From a virus: a stretch of DNA of 64,000 nucleotides. The stretch lies in IMG/VR virus record IMGVR_UViG_3300035698_018475, positions 32,001 through 96,000 of that record. One strand, given 5' to 3'. The stretch's first letter is position 1; the number at the start of each line of letters is the position of its first letter. Positions 1-8,540 of the stretch are shown here, in pieces. The notes beneath the pieces are model-generated. The model saw nothing but the letters and a program-made list of their open reading frames with translations, was not told where the DNA came from and searched no databases. A program made the position numbers and the translations under genes.

Positions 1-13
1 ATTAGAGAATAAC

Positions 14-229
14 ATGGCTAACAGCTTGGAATCGGGACAATCCCCTCTTAGGGGAGAGCCTGAGAAGCCTAAGAACGGTTCTAGTCTGAATGCAACACTT
101 GAGAAGGTGTTACAAAACAAAGAGGAAGTGCATGACTTATCTGAGAGTGAGAAGTCGGGGTTGAGGCAAGAGGTTCTGGCAGATATGGATACCTCCCTGG
201 TGGGTAAAATTATGTCAGGAGTGTTCTAA
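14..229 (+). CDS. Hypothetical small protein
   Basis: 71-aa ORF; its TAA overlaps the next ATG (TAATG at 227-231). Confidence 0.6.
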   Translation: MANSLESGQSPLRGEPEKPKNGSSLNATLEKVLQNKEEVHDLSESEKSGLRQEVLADMDTSLVGKIMSGVF

Positions 230-588
230 TGTTTAGTAAAATACTTGAGTTTGTGAAGGATAGATCTCATTTAAGTACTGCCAAACTAAGAGTGGTTGTA
301 CAGTGGCCGGAATCAGAAGGTAAATTATCTTCCAAGCAGGTTCGATCTTTGCTGAATAAAGAGATCAGAAAGTTGGGAGTAGTATTGGGTGATGTAGAAT
401 GTGTCCCAACTGAATTAGTGGGGAGAGATAAATCCGTGATTGGTCCCAGAAGAGTGCATCAGTTATATTTTGATCTTCGGTATGATCCTGGGAACAAACC
501 ATCCAAGAAAGATATAGAGCTTGCACTGGGTAATATCTTTGAACCAGTAGGTGGTAAGATTCAGAGAGTACAAACATCAGGATTTTAA
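229..588 (+). CDS. Hypothetical protein, head region
   Basis: 119-aa ORF coupled to the upstream stop; leader MFSKILEFVKDRS. Confidence 0.7.
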   Translation: MFSKILEFVKDRSHLSTAKLRVVVQWPESEGKLSSKQVRSLLNKEIRKLGVVLGDVECVPTELVGRDKSVIGPRRVHQLYFDLRYDPGNKPSKKDIELALGNIFEPVGGKIQRVQTSGF

Positions 589-599
589 GGAGTATATAA

Positions 600-1088
600 A
601 TGAGTAAGTTTCAAGAGTTACACAAGGTGGTAAAAGAATCAGTTACTTTATCAGAAGCCACAGGGGAGTGGGCATCCCAGTGGTATAAGTGGATAGATCA
701 AGAACAAGACACTGGAGAGTTATGGGAAATCTATGATTCTATCACCGGTGCGGCAGGGAGGGAATTTCCTGAAGATACTGCTGATATGGATATCACTAAA
801 CTTCGTGTGGCATTGAAGAAGGCTGTGAGTGGTATGGATGAGGAGGAGTTGGAAGATAAGTTTCCCGGAGAGATCGGGGCTAAAAAGGAGAAGGTTATAA
901 CCTTATCTAAAATATTGGATTCTATCTTTAAGAGTATCTTGGAGTCCGATGTTGATGGGGTTATAGATCAGTATAATGAGTTTTTTGGGACTAATTATAC
1001 TGCACAAGATGTACAACGGGATGTTGAAAGTTTCGTAGATTATGCTGAACAGAAGGGTATAACTCCACCTTATAGTGAGGAGGGGTAA
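600..1088 (+). CDS. Acidic hypothetical protein, possible internal head protein
   Basis: AAGGAG RBS; N-terminus MSKFQELHKVVKESVTLSEA resembles that of ORF 1491. Confidence 0.75.
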   Translation: MSKFQELHKVVKESVTLSEATGEWASQWYKWIDQEQDTGELWEIYDSITGAAGREFPEDTADMDITKLRVALKKAVSGMDEEELEDKFPGEIGAKKEKVITLSKILDSIFKSILESDVDGVIDQYNEFFGTNYTAQDVQRDVESFVDYAEQKGITPPYSEEG

Positions 1089-1091
1089 CTA

Positions 1092-1475
1092 ATGTCTGTA
1101 CAAGCTGATAAAGTCTATGCCCGATTGCAGGAAGTAAGGAAGTACTGTATACCTCAGGATGATTCCGTACTTAGTACAATACTTCGCGACATGTTTGTGG
1201 AATATCAGGCTGGGAATTACCAACGGGTGGAAGAGTGGTTAAAGTCTTTTACCACACAAGAACAACTGATGGCCCGGTTAATAGTTAAGTTGAAGGATAA
1301 AGCAGTGTATAAGACTTTGAAAGCCTTATCAGAGGGTAGGGTGGAACACACTCCTACAGCTTTGAAGGGTCTATTCAGTTTAGGCACACATATAGCGATA
1401 GAATTAGAACAAGGGAATAAAAAGTTTGGTATGCTGCTTCCCCCATTATATAATAAGATAGGAAAGCTGATTTAG
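1092..1475 (+). CDS. Hypothetical protein
   Basis: 127-aa ORF with GAGG-type RBS, contiguous with neighbours. Confidence 0.7.
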   Translation: MSVQADKVYARLQEVRKYCIPQDDSVLSTILRDMFVEYQAGNYQRVEEWLKSFTTQEQLMARLIVKLKDKAVYKTLKALSEGRVEHTPTALKGLFSLGTHIAIELEQGNKKFGMLLPPLYNKIGKLI

Positions 1476-1490
1476 TTAAGGAGTACACAG

Positions 1491-1847
1491 ATGAATAAGT
1501 TCCAAGGCATTCATCAAGCGGTAAAAAATGAAGTAAGTATCAAAGAGCAGGGAGGAGGGGAAGATTATGAAGATGTTATCCGGGGATCAGAAGAAGAGTT
1601 TGCAGCCAGATCTGGTGGAGAGTTCCCCGGTGAAGATGATAATACTATTAGTAAGATCATAAGTATTATCTCTAATCAGCTCAGGGATAGTACTTTCAGG
1701 CAGGATATAGAGGAGATACTGGCAGAAGATCTGGGGTTTGGTTATGAGAAAGCCGAAGGAGTGGTAGGTAAAGTACTAGAAATTGTTGTCGCCAGGATGG
1801 GTTCTAGTATGTTCCGGGAAGATATAGAGGAATTGTACCATGAATGA
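1491..1847 (+). CDS. Acidic hypothetical protein, possible internal head protein
   Basis: AAGGAG RBS; N-terminus MNKFQGIHQAVKNEVSIKEQ. Confidence 0.75.
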   Translation: MNKFQGIHQAVKNEVSIKEQGGGEDYEDVIRGSEEEFAARSGGEFPGEDDNTISKIISIISNQLRDSTFRQDIEEILAEDLGFGYEKAEGVVGKVLEIVVARMGSSMFREDIEELYHE

Positions 1848-2061
1848 TTTATTGGATAAAACCATACCGGATAAGCATCAACCTATACAAGAGGCAGATA
1901 AGGGTCAGGATGAGTGGCAAGCTGAGAAGGTCCTGACCTATATCCGGGATCTACTACAGGCAGCGGGCAAGGAAGATCTGGTGGTGGCCATGGAGGGTAC
2001 AGAGTTGCTACTAAAAGCACAGGGTAAGGTGTTCAAGGTGAATGTTGAAAAGGTGTTATAA
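1840..2061 (+). CDS. Hypothetical small protein
   Basis: 8-nt overlap with upstream gene, GAGG RBS. Confidence 0.65.
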   Translation: MNDLLDKTIPDKHQPIQEADKGQDEWQAEKVLTYIRDLLQAAGKEDLVVAMEGTELLLKAQGKVFKVNVEKVL

Positions 2062-2189
2062 TGTTTAGTAAATCATGCCAGTGGAGCAAATTTCTGCTGA
2101 TGCGTGTGTGGCAGGAAGTGGTGGCTGGTTGGTTTGGTGTGACTGGTCATCACTTCTATATTAAGTAAGTAAGTTTAAGGAGCTTTGAT

Positions 2190-2540
2190 ATGGCTGGGAC
2201 ATTGGACAATATCACAGGCCCTTTGATGAAGTCTATTTCTCGGGTGAGAATAGAGTTTAGTGGTACTACTCTGTCTGAAATAGTGGCAGGAGTAGCTGGT
2301 GAGAGAGTTAAGGTCTTCAAGATGATGATCTCAGTAGATACTTCCTGTGAGATCGCACTAAGATCTGGAACAGGGAATGATATTTTTACTCTTCATGCCG
2401 GTGATAACTGGGGCCAGATTCTGCAGGGATCTGAGAAAAACCCTGTTATTGTCTCTAATGTCAGTAATAGTCTTACCATACAGGCCGATACGGTGGGTAT
2501 TAGTGGTAATGTTTATGTTGAGTATTTGGTAGAGTCATAA
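2190..2540 (+). CDS. Beta-rich hypothetical protein, paralogue of 5846..6202
   Basis: AAGGAG RBS; shares motifs IFxLHAGxxWG and TIQADxxxxxxNVY with ORF 5846. Confidence 0.8.
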   Translation: MAGTLDNITGPLMKSISRVRIEFSGTTLSEIVAGVAGERVKVFKMMISVDTSCEIALRSGTGNDIFTLHAGDNWGQILQGSEKNPVIVSNVSNSLTIQADTVGISGNVYVEYLVES

Positions 2541-4627
2541 TGTACTCAAACTATAAATACAAAAAGCAGATAAGTCTCACAGGAGAGTCCGGTGCCGGAA
2601 CCGGTTATCAGGTCAAACTTCTCATTGCAAAGACTTCTGCTGCAGTGGGAGAAGATCTTGATCTAGATGGTCACTGTAAAGATGACTTTTCTGATATTCG
2701 TTTCACGAATTCTGTGGAAGATACTGCACTTAGCTATTGGATCGAATCCATAGTAGATTCAGGTGGTACTAAGTTAGCCACTGTTTGGGTAAAAGTGGGG
2801 GATGACCTTAGTTCTGGAACTGTCGATATCTATATCTACTACAGTCGTTCCATAGCGGTATCTGAAAGTAGTGGAACAAATACGTTTGAGCAGTTTGGTA
2901 TTGGTGCTCAATCTTTGGTCTCTCAGGATAACCCTTATCAGAATATTGTAGTACAGAATGATAACACCCAGCTTACTCTCAACCATGAAATAGTTGGTTC
3001 TGGTGAGCTTCATCCAAACGTGATCCACTTCCCGGATGGTCTGGATGGGTATACCTACTGGATGTTCTATACTCCCTATCCGGATGATAATGATGAGGAT
3101 GTTTGGCTTGAGCGATCAAATGATGGAATTACTTGGACAAAGTCAGGTGTTTCTAACCCCATAATTGCACATGGTGGTGGTGGGTGGATGGATACTCACC
3201 TTGCCGATCCCGATGTAATTTATGTCGAAGAGTATGACAAATTTTTCTGCGTCTTTGTTGGCACGGATGGCACGGATTATCAGATAGGGCTTGCTTATTC
3301 TGATACCGGCGATGGAACTACCTGGACGGTCTTAGGTGTACTGGTTGATGGTACTGAGGCCTGGGAGTTAGATAGTGTTGGTAATAAGGGGATCGTTTGT
3401 CCGGCTCTCTGGTTTGATACTACACAGCTAAAGTTTCATATTTGGTATACATGTCCCGATGAAGTTGTGGGTATTCCGGGTAATAGCAGAAAACTCTGTC
3501 ATGCAACTTTTACCTGGGTAGATACTGAGGGATCAGAGGCAGTGGCTAATTTTACACGAATCGGTGGCGATTTTATATTTTATCCTGACGCAGATGCTGA
3601 CTTCCAGGCTGGTTTGGGACATGTTGATGTGTGGTACGATCCGGATGATGCTTCTTATCCGTTCTATATGTATGCGGTTCGGGCCGTTGTAAATAAGCTC
3701 GCAACTAATCATTGGGAACTGGCTCTCTTTCGTTCTGCTGATGGGACGACTTGGTCCTATGTGGGGTCCGTAATGAAGCGATTGGCTCAATTGTGGGGTA
3801 ATCGTTTTATCTACCGTACCTGTGTGATGACACAAGGAAATGGTGAGGTTTACAAAGGTGACGATGATGAGATAACCATATTCTTCTCTTGTGCTAATTG
3901 TGTAGATCCTTACTCACCTTCTATCGGTATTGCCAACAGTTTAGCATCAAGACAAGTGTATTCCCTAGATACTGATGTCTGGTCTATATTATCCCAAGAG
4001 GCTGGTGCTTACCTTTCGACCTACGGTTCAAATGGTGGGGTGTTGCTTTATGGAGGGGCTGACACAAAAGAGATATGTCTTAAAGGGCAGGGACATACCC
4101 ACGGTCACGCTGCTCGTTGGCAAGGTGTGTTTTCCAATACGGCAGGTGCGAGTCAAATAAGTGCTGTTGGCTGGTTTGATGGTGTGGAAACAACAGCAGC
4201 CGCAAAGCAGAATGTACTGGAATCTGTGCATGGAACGGAGTATGCTTTGGCAGCCGACGGTACTAACTTTGGTCTTGATACGATTACCGGTGTACTTACT
4301 GTAAGTAGTCGGGCAATCTGGGAAATTCAATGTTTTGGTGATGCTGCTTCTCCATCGACCATAATGATTCAGAATGGTGTTGATCTTACAGCAAGCATAC
4401 CTGATGCTGAAGATGAGTGTTTCACTGCTCCACCTTCTTGGTACACTAAGCTATTCTGTCGGGATGAAGAAAACACAGCGTTCTTGATTGTTGATTGGTA
4501 TTTGATACGAAAGGTAGTGGCTACTGAACCGAGTTTTGACGAAGCTGGTGAAGAAGAGCGTATAGCACAGCAGATAGGATGGGGTAGTTGGTGGCCTAAG
4601 GCATCTTATATGGGTGCTGGTGGTTAG
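2540..4627 (+). CDS. DUF2341-domain protein with glycoside-hydrolase-like beta-propeller
   Basis: N-terminal YKKQISLT...DFSDIRFT...LSYWIE...TVWVKV...IYIYY (DUF2341 pattern); HPNVIHF, SNDGITW, SADGTTW Asp-box/propeller blades; C-terminal DWYLIRK...EPSF. Confidence 0.7.
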   Translation: MYSNYKYKKQISLTGESGAGTGYQVKLLIAKTSAAVGEDLDLDGHCKDDFSDIRFTNSVEDTALSYWIESIVDSGGTKLATVWVKVGDDLSSGTVDIYIYYSRSIAVSESSGTNTFEQFGIGAQSLVSQDNPYQNIVVQNDNTQLTLNHEIVGSGELHPNVIHFPDGLDGYTYWMFYTPYPDDNDEDVWLERSNDGITWTKSGVSNPIIAHGGGGWMDTHLADPDVIYVEEYDKFFCVFVGTDGTDYQIGLAYSDTGDGTTWTVLGVLVDGTEAWELDSVGNKGIVCPALWFDTTQLKFHIWYTCPDEVVGIPGNSRKLCHATFTWVDTEGSEAVANFTRIGGDFIFYPDADADFQAGLGHVDVWYDPDDASYPFYMYAVRAVVNKLATNHWELALFRSADGTTWSYVGSVMKRLAQLWGNRFIYRTCVMTQGNGEVYKGDDDEITIFFSCANCVDPYSPSIGIANSLASRQVYSLDTDVWSILSQEAGAYLSTYGSNGGVLLYGGADTKEICLKGQGHTHGHAARWQGVFSNTAGASQISAVGWFDGVETTAAAKQNVLESVHGTEYALAADGTNFGLDTITGVLTVSSRAIWEIQCFGDAASPSTIMIQNGVDLTASIPDAEDECFTAPPSWYTKLFCRDEENTAFLIVDWYLIRKVVATEPSFDEAGEEERIAQQIGWGSWWPKASYMGAGG

Positions 4628-4679
4628 TGTTTGTTTATGAAAGATAAGGTAAAAGTTACTTTTTATAGGAGATTGACAA

Positions 4680-5540
4680 ATGATTGATCCGAAGAAAATC
4701 ATGGAAAGCGTTGATAAAAACACCTCACGGGATTTCGGTGTATTTATCATGAAGTATGGTAATCAGGTGTATAACATCCAGGAATCCCGTTACTGGGAGC
4801 AACGTGAGAAAGCGTTGGAAGAAGCCAAGGCAATCACTCCACCGGCGAACTGTTATGTGGAAGTCAGGGAGAAGATCGATGGAACTTTCTTGCATGAGAA
4901 GAGTTCGTTATGGAGATCTGACAGAGTGGCAGAGGGTTCAGGTAAGGGTGACTATGGGCTAAACCCGGATACTACCTCTGCGGGCCCGAAAGAGACCGAT
5001 ACTCCCAAGGAAATTTCTCACGGTATAACCGATGGGGATAAGCTCAAACCTGAGACGGCCCCAAATGAAGGTGGGAAAAGTACCGTTGGTGCAGTGGTTA
5101 AGAGTAAGAACCTCACTCCGAAACCTAAGGGCTCCGGTGGTGGGGACAACTCGGGTGGTACAGAAGGTGGGGGCCAAACCGGGAAGCTACCTCTGAAGAA
5201 AGAGAAGGCTCCCAATGAGTCCCGCCAAAAAGTGGATGAAGGTACTCCCGAGTCCAAGTATGGTGGGGCAATAGCCAAAGCTGATAATATTATGACAGCG
5301 GCTAAGAAGGCTTATGATGACGCAAAAACCGCTCATAAGAAGGCAGTTGGTGCTGCGAGAGATACTTTGGCGAAGGATAAGGCTGCAGCCAAGAAGAATA
5401 AGAAGAAAACTAAGGAAGGTAAGGTCCCTGCATCCCCTTCAACAGATCCGGAGGGCACTCTGGTTAAGAAGTTGACCGAAGAAGAAGAGGGAGATCTTCC
5501 CGGTGAAGAAGAGAGGGAAGAACAGGACCCAAAAGAATAG
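4680..5540 (+). CDS. Low-complexity K/E/G-rich protein; may be extended by -1 frameshift
   Basis: AGGAG RBS; 286-aa ORF ending two codons after the slippery heptamer C_CCA_AAA. Confidence 0.75.
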   Translation: MIDPKKIMESVDKNTSRDFGVFIMKYGNQVYNIQESRYWEQREKALEEAKAITPPANCYVEVREKIDGTFLHEKSSLWRSDRVAEGSGKGDYGLNPDTTSAGPKETDTPKEISHGITDGDKLKPETAPNEGGKSTVGAVVKSKNLTPKPKGSGGGDNSGGTEGGGQTGKLPLKKEKAPNESRQKVDEGTPESKYGGAIAKADNIMTAAKKAYDDAKTAHKKAVGAARDTLAKDKAAAKKNKKKTKEGKVPASPSTDPEGTLVKKLTEEEEGDLPGEEEREEQDPKE

Positions 5541-5572
5541 GGGCTACTCCCGGAGAAGAAGGTGGTAGCCCT
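5528..5572 (+). other. Candidate -1 programmed ribosomal frameshift signal (heptamer plus hairpin)
   Basis: C CCA AAA at 5528-5534, 5-nt spacer, stem GGGCTAC 5541-5547 / GTAGCCC 5565-5571; the -1 frame runs open into ORF 5579..5839. Confidence 0.6.
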
Positions 5573-5578
5573 ACTGAA

Positions 5579-5839
5579 ATGGATCATTCCGAACTTACAA
5601 GTATAATACGACAAATGGCTTTCCTTGCTGGTCAGGGACATTCTGAAGAGTGGGTAAGAAATTTGGTATTAGCCGTTGCTTCTGATAACAATTTAGAACT
5701 TAGTTCTACAGAACAACAAGAGGTCATGAAAGGTTGGCAGGAGGATCTTGCTATGTACTTGGGTTTGGAGGATGATACTGATAATGGGGAAGGTGCTGAA
5801 GGGTTTGAAGTAACAAGATTTGGAGAAGAAGAAGACTAA
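5579..5839 (+). CDS. Hypothetical acidic protein, probable trans-frame C-terminus of 4680 ORF
   Basis: 86-aa ORF whose frame is open upstream across the slippery site. Confidence 0.65.
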   Translation: MDHSELTSIIRQMAFLAGQGHSEEWVRNLVLAVASDNNLELSSTEQQEVMKGWQEDLAMYLGLEDDTDNGEGAEGFEVTRFGEEED

Positions 5840-5845
5840 CCACTT

Positions 5846-6202
5846 ATGGCACTACAGGATATAAATCTGTCTTACCTGGGATTAGTCAAGCAATTGTATG
5901 TCCCTATAACAAGTAATGTTCTCCTAACCTTGGTGGAGGGGGAATTAGATTACAGGATTTGGATATGGAGGTTTGAGATATCGAGTGATGTACCGGCCAA
6001 GTTCATCATAAGAACTGGGACTAACCAGATATTCAACATGCACGCAGGCCAAAAGTGGGGTCATGTGGATCCATCAGAATCCAGATCACCCCGGTATATA
6101 ACAAATGATGGCGAAGATTTTACTATACAGGCTGATAAGGCCGTATTGGATGCAAATGTGTATCTCCAATGGCAGTTGAGAAGGGTAGAACCTTTAGAGT
6201 AG
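5846..6202 (+). CDS. Beta-rich hypothetical protein, paralogue of 2190..2540
   Basis: RTGTNQIFNMHAGQKWG and FTIQADKAVLDANVY match ORF 2190; ends TAG TAA. Confidence 0.75.
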   Translation: MALQDINLSYLGLVKQLYVPITSNVLLTLVEGELDYRIWIWRFEISSDVPAKFIIRTGTNQIFNMHAGQKWGHVDPSESRSPRYITNDGEDFTIQADKAVLDANVYLQWQLRRVEPLE

Positions 6203-6208
6203 TAACAT

Positions 6209-7537
6209 ATGGAAATACCTTCACTATTATTGCCCAGAGTATCCTTACCACTGATAATCACTGGTGGTATCATAGGGCTATCTTACGATACCACCCAATT
6301 TGAATTGGTGACTAATGAGCTGCATCTACAGCATCACACTATAACTCCCGGTTCAGTGACTATCACCCAACCACTTACAGTTCAGGGTGATCTAATCACG
6401 AATGGACAATTGAATGTTATATCAGTTTCAACTCCTCAATTTACTCTAACCAATGGGGCCACCACTGCAACTTTTGCATTAGATGTCGTTGGAGATCTTA
6501 CTATTAACCCATCAGGGAACGAGCTTTCCATTGAGGCTGATGTTAATTTGGGGGGTAGTGGAATAACGGCTGCTATAGGGCAATTTACGACGAATTTATT
6601 AGCGGAAAATCTTGATGTTGATACTTTGAATCTGAATGGAAATGTAATTTCTGATAGTACAGGAACAATAAGTTTTGATGATGAGATTCTTACTACTACG
6701 GGACGAATAGGTATTGGGACTGTTCCTCTTGCTAGTTCATTGTTACATATAAAATATGGTAGTGCAGGGGGCTATCCCGCATGGTTAGAATGGGATAAAA
6801 ATATAATAGAAAGTAGTGGAGCATCCGTATTAACATTACTAAGCCCTAATACAGGTGGGGGTTGGATAGTTTTTGCAGACCCACAGAATAGAGATAGTGG
6901 GGCAATAGGTTATATTCACAGCACAAACCAAATGAGATTCTATACCCTTGGCACTCAACGAGTCACAATCCTCAGTACGGGACTGGTTGGGATCAATGAT
7001 ACAACACCAAGTTACACATTAGATGTTAATGGAACTTTCCGAGTAGCAGGGGTGAGTATTTTTGAGGAAGACTTCTATTTTAGTGGTGACAGTTCTGGAT
7101 TACCTTACGGTTCTTGTTCTTGTTATGAGATAGGTTGGACACAGGTAGCAGCCGTGAATACCTGGTATAATGTAATTGATGCGGGTTTTATAAGTGGTTT
7201 ACTAAATAATGTGACTCATGATGGAAATGGGAAGCTAACTGTTAGTAAAGCAGGGATATATAAAGTCATTGTAAGTTTGGATCTTGAGGTTAATGCTGTA
7301 AATAATCATGTAGAAATAGGTTTTGAAGTAAGTAATAGTGGGAGTGCAGTCACAGAGGGAATAGTGTGTACGGAAACAAAGTTTGCAAACGAAGAACATC
7401 AAATGGCTACAACTGCACTATTAGATTTAGCTGAAAATGCTACAATAGAATTATGTATAAGGACAACTGATGCGGGAAACCCCACTATTAAATTAGAGTG
7501 TGTAAGTATGAATTGTATTCAAATAGGTGGAACTTAA
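6209..7537 (+). CDS. Fibre/adhesin-like protein with C1q/TNF-like C-terminal domain
   Basis: Fibre repeats RIGIGTVPLASSLLHIK and VGINDTTPSYTLDVNGTFRV; beta-sandwich-like tail (GKLTVSKAGIYKVIVSL). Confidence 0.7.
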   Translation: MEIPSLLLPRVSLPLIITGGIIGLSYDTTQFELVTNELHLQHHTITPGSVTITQPLTVQGDLITNGQLNVISVSTPQFTLTNGATTATFALDVVGDLTINPSGNELSIEADVNLGGSGITAAIGQFTTNLLAENLDVDTLNLNGNVISDSTGTISFDDEILTTTGRIGIGTVPLASSLLHIKYGSAGGYPAWLEWDKNIIESSGASVLTLLSPNTGGGWIVFADPQNRDSGAIGYIHSTNQMRFYTLGTQRVTILSTGLVGINDTTPSYTLDVNGTFRVAGVSIFEEDFYFSGDSSGLPYGSCSCYEIGWTQVAAVNTWYNVIDAGFISGLLNNVTHDGNGKLTVSKAGIYKVIVSLDLEVNAVNNHVEIGFEVSNSGSAVTEGIVCTETKFANEEHQMATTALLDLAENATIELCIRTTDAGNPTIKLECVSMNCIQIGGT

Positions 7538-7559
7538 TGGACTTCAAGGAGCATAAGAT

Positions 7560-7799
7560 ATGGATATAATTTTTCGTATCCCAGATCAACATATAACTCG
7601 GGTAGTTGATGGCCTTCAAAAGCAATTTTTTAGTCTTGCCCCACCTGGAATTGATGCTAGTGGATTAACTAGTGCTAAACGTGCAAAAGAAGCAATACGA
7701 CTATGGATTATTCAATCGGTAAAAAGTTCAGAATATCAGGACGCTATGGATACTATTACTATTGATGTCCCAGATGATGTAGTGGAGAGTGATATTTAG
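7560..7799 (+). CDS. Small hypothetical protein (fibre-associated)
   Basis: AAGGAG RBS; follows the fibre gene. Confidence 0.7.
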   Translation: MDIIFRIPDQHITRVVDGLQKQFFSLAPPGIDASGLTSAKRAKEAIRLWIIQSVKSSEYQDAMDTITIDVPDDVVESDI

Positions 7800-7820
7800 T
7801 TATTTAGAAGGAGAAGTATC

Positions 7821-8186
7821 ATGAGATTTACTTTTACTGATCGGATGATGGTTAATACCTTACTTCCCGGTCAAGGTAATATGCTTACCTTACGTTTAGT
7901 GAAGGACATAAGGGAGAAGTTTGATTTTTCCGTGGAAGAACTTGAGAAGTATAAAATAAATTCCAAGGAGAGTGGGAGAATAACCTGGGATCCTGCACTG
8001 GATGTTCATATAGAGTTCGATATTGATCTGACAAATTCGGAGATTGGATTTCTTAAAGATCGTGTGGGTGAGATGGATACAACCAGTTCTATCCCTTATA
8101 GTGCATTGGAATTGTGTGAAAAGATCAAAGCTCTTGAGGTGGAACAAAAAGAAGTAGTAGTAGAAGAAGGACCTAAGGTAGAGTGA
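7821..8186 (+). CDS. Hypothetical protein (fibre-associated)
   Basis: AAGGAG RBS; 121 aa. Confidence 0.75.
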   Translation: MRFTFTDRMMVNTLLPGQGNMLTLRLVKDIREKFDFSVEELEKYKINSKESGRITWDPALDVHIEFDIDLTNSEIGFLKDRVGEMDTTSSIPYSALELCEKIKALEVEQKEVVVEEGPKVE

Positions 8187-8539
8187 TGGCAAAACTGGGT
8201 TTTAGATATTATAATACTGGATCGAATATATACTTGGTCCTTGTTTATGGGAACAATCAGCATGTTCGGGCATTGGATAATGCTCTGGTGGATTACGACG
8301 TCGATGATTGGGAAGATTATGAACGGTATATGATTGAAATAGGGGATTACTTTTATGAGTATGAACTGCCCGCAGGCTTACTGGACGGTAATTACTCAGT
8401 TGATGTATTTGATGCCCTGGATAGTTTGGCTTACCCCACAGATCAAAAGGTAGGTCAGTTAATATTTGATTTGAAAGATGGGGAATTCCAGACTATAATA
8501 GTTGTTGTAGAAGGTATGGAAGATATTGGGAGTTGGTAA
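8183..8539 (+). CDS. Hypothetical protein
   Basis: GTGA overlap with upstream stop; 118 aa. Confidence 0.7.
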   Translation: MMAKLGFRYYNTGSNIYLVLVYGNNQHVRALDNALVDYDVDDWEDYERYMIEIGDYFYEYELPAGLLDGNYSVDVFDALDSLAYPTDQKVGQLIFDLKDGEFQTIIVVVEGMEDIGSW

Positions 8540-8540
8540 T

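Noticed and set aside
2061-2168. 35-aa ORF (MFSKSCQW...) in the 2062-2189 gap
   Set aside because: A competing 29-aa ORF from 2075 fits equally well and neither has a recognisable motif or clear RBS.
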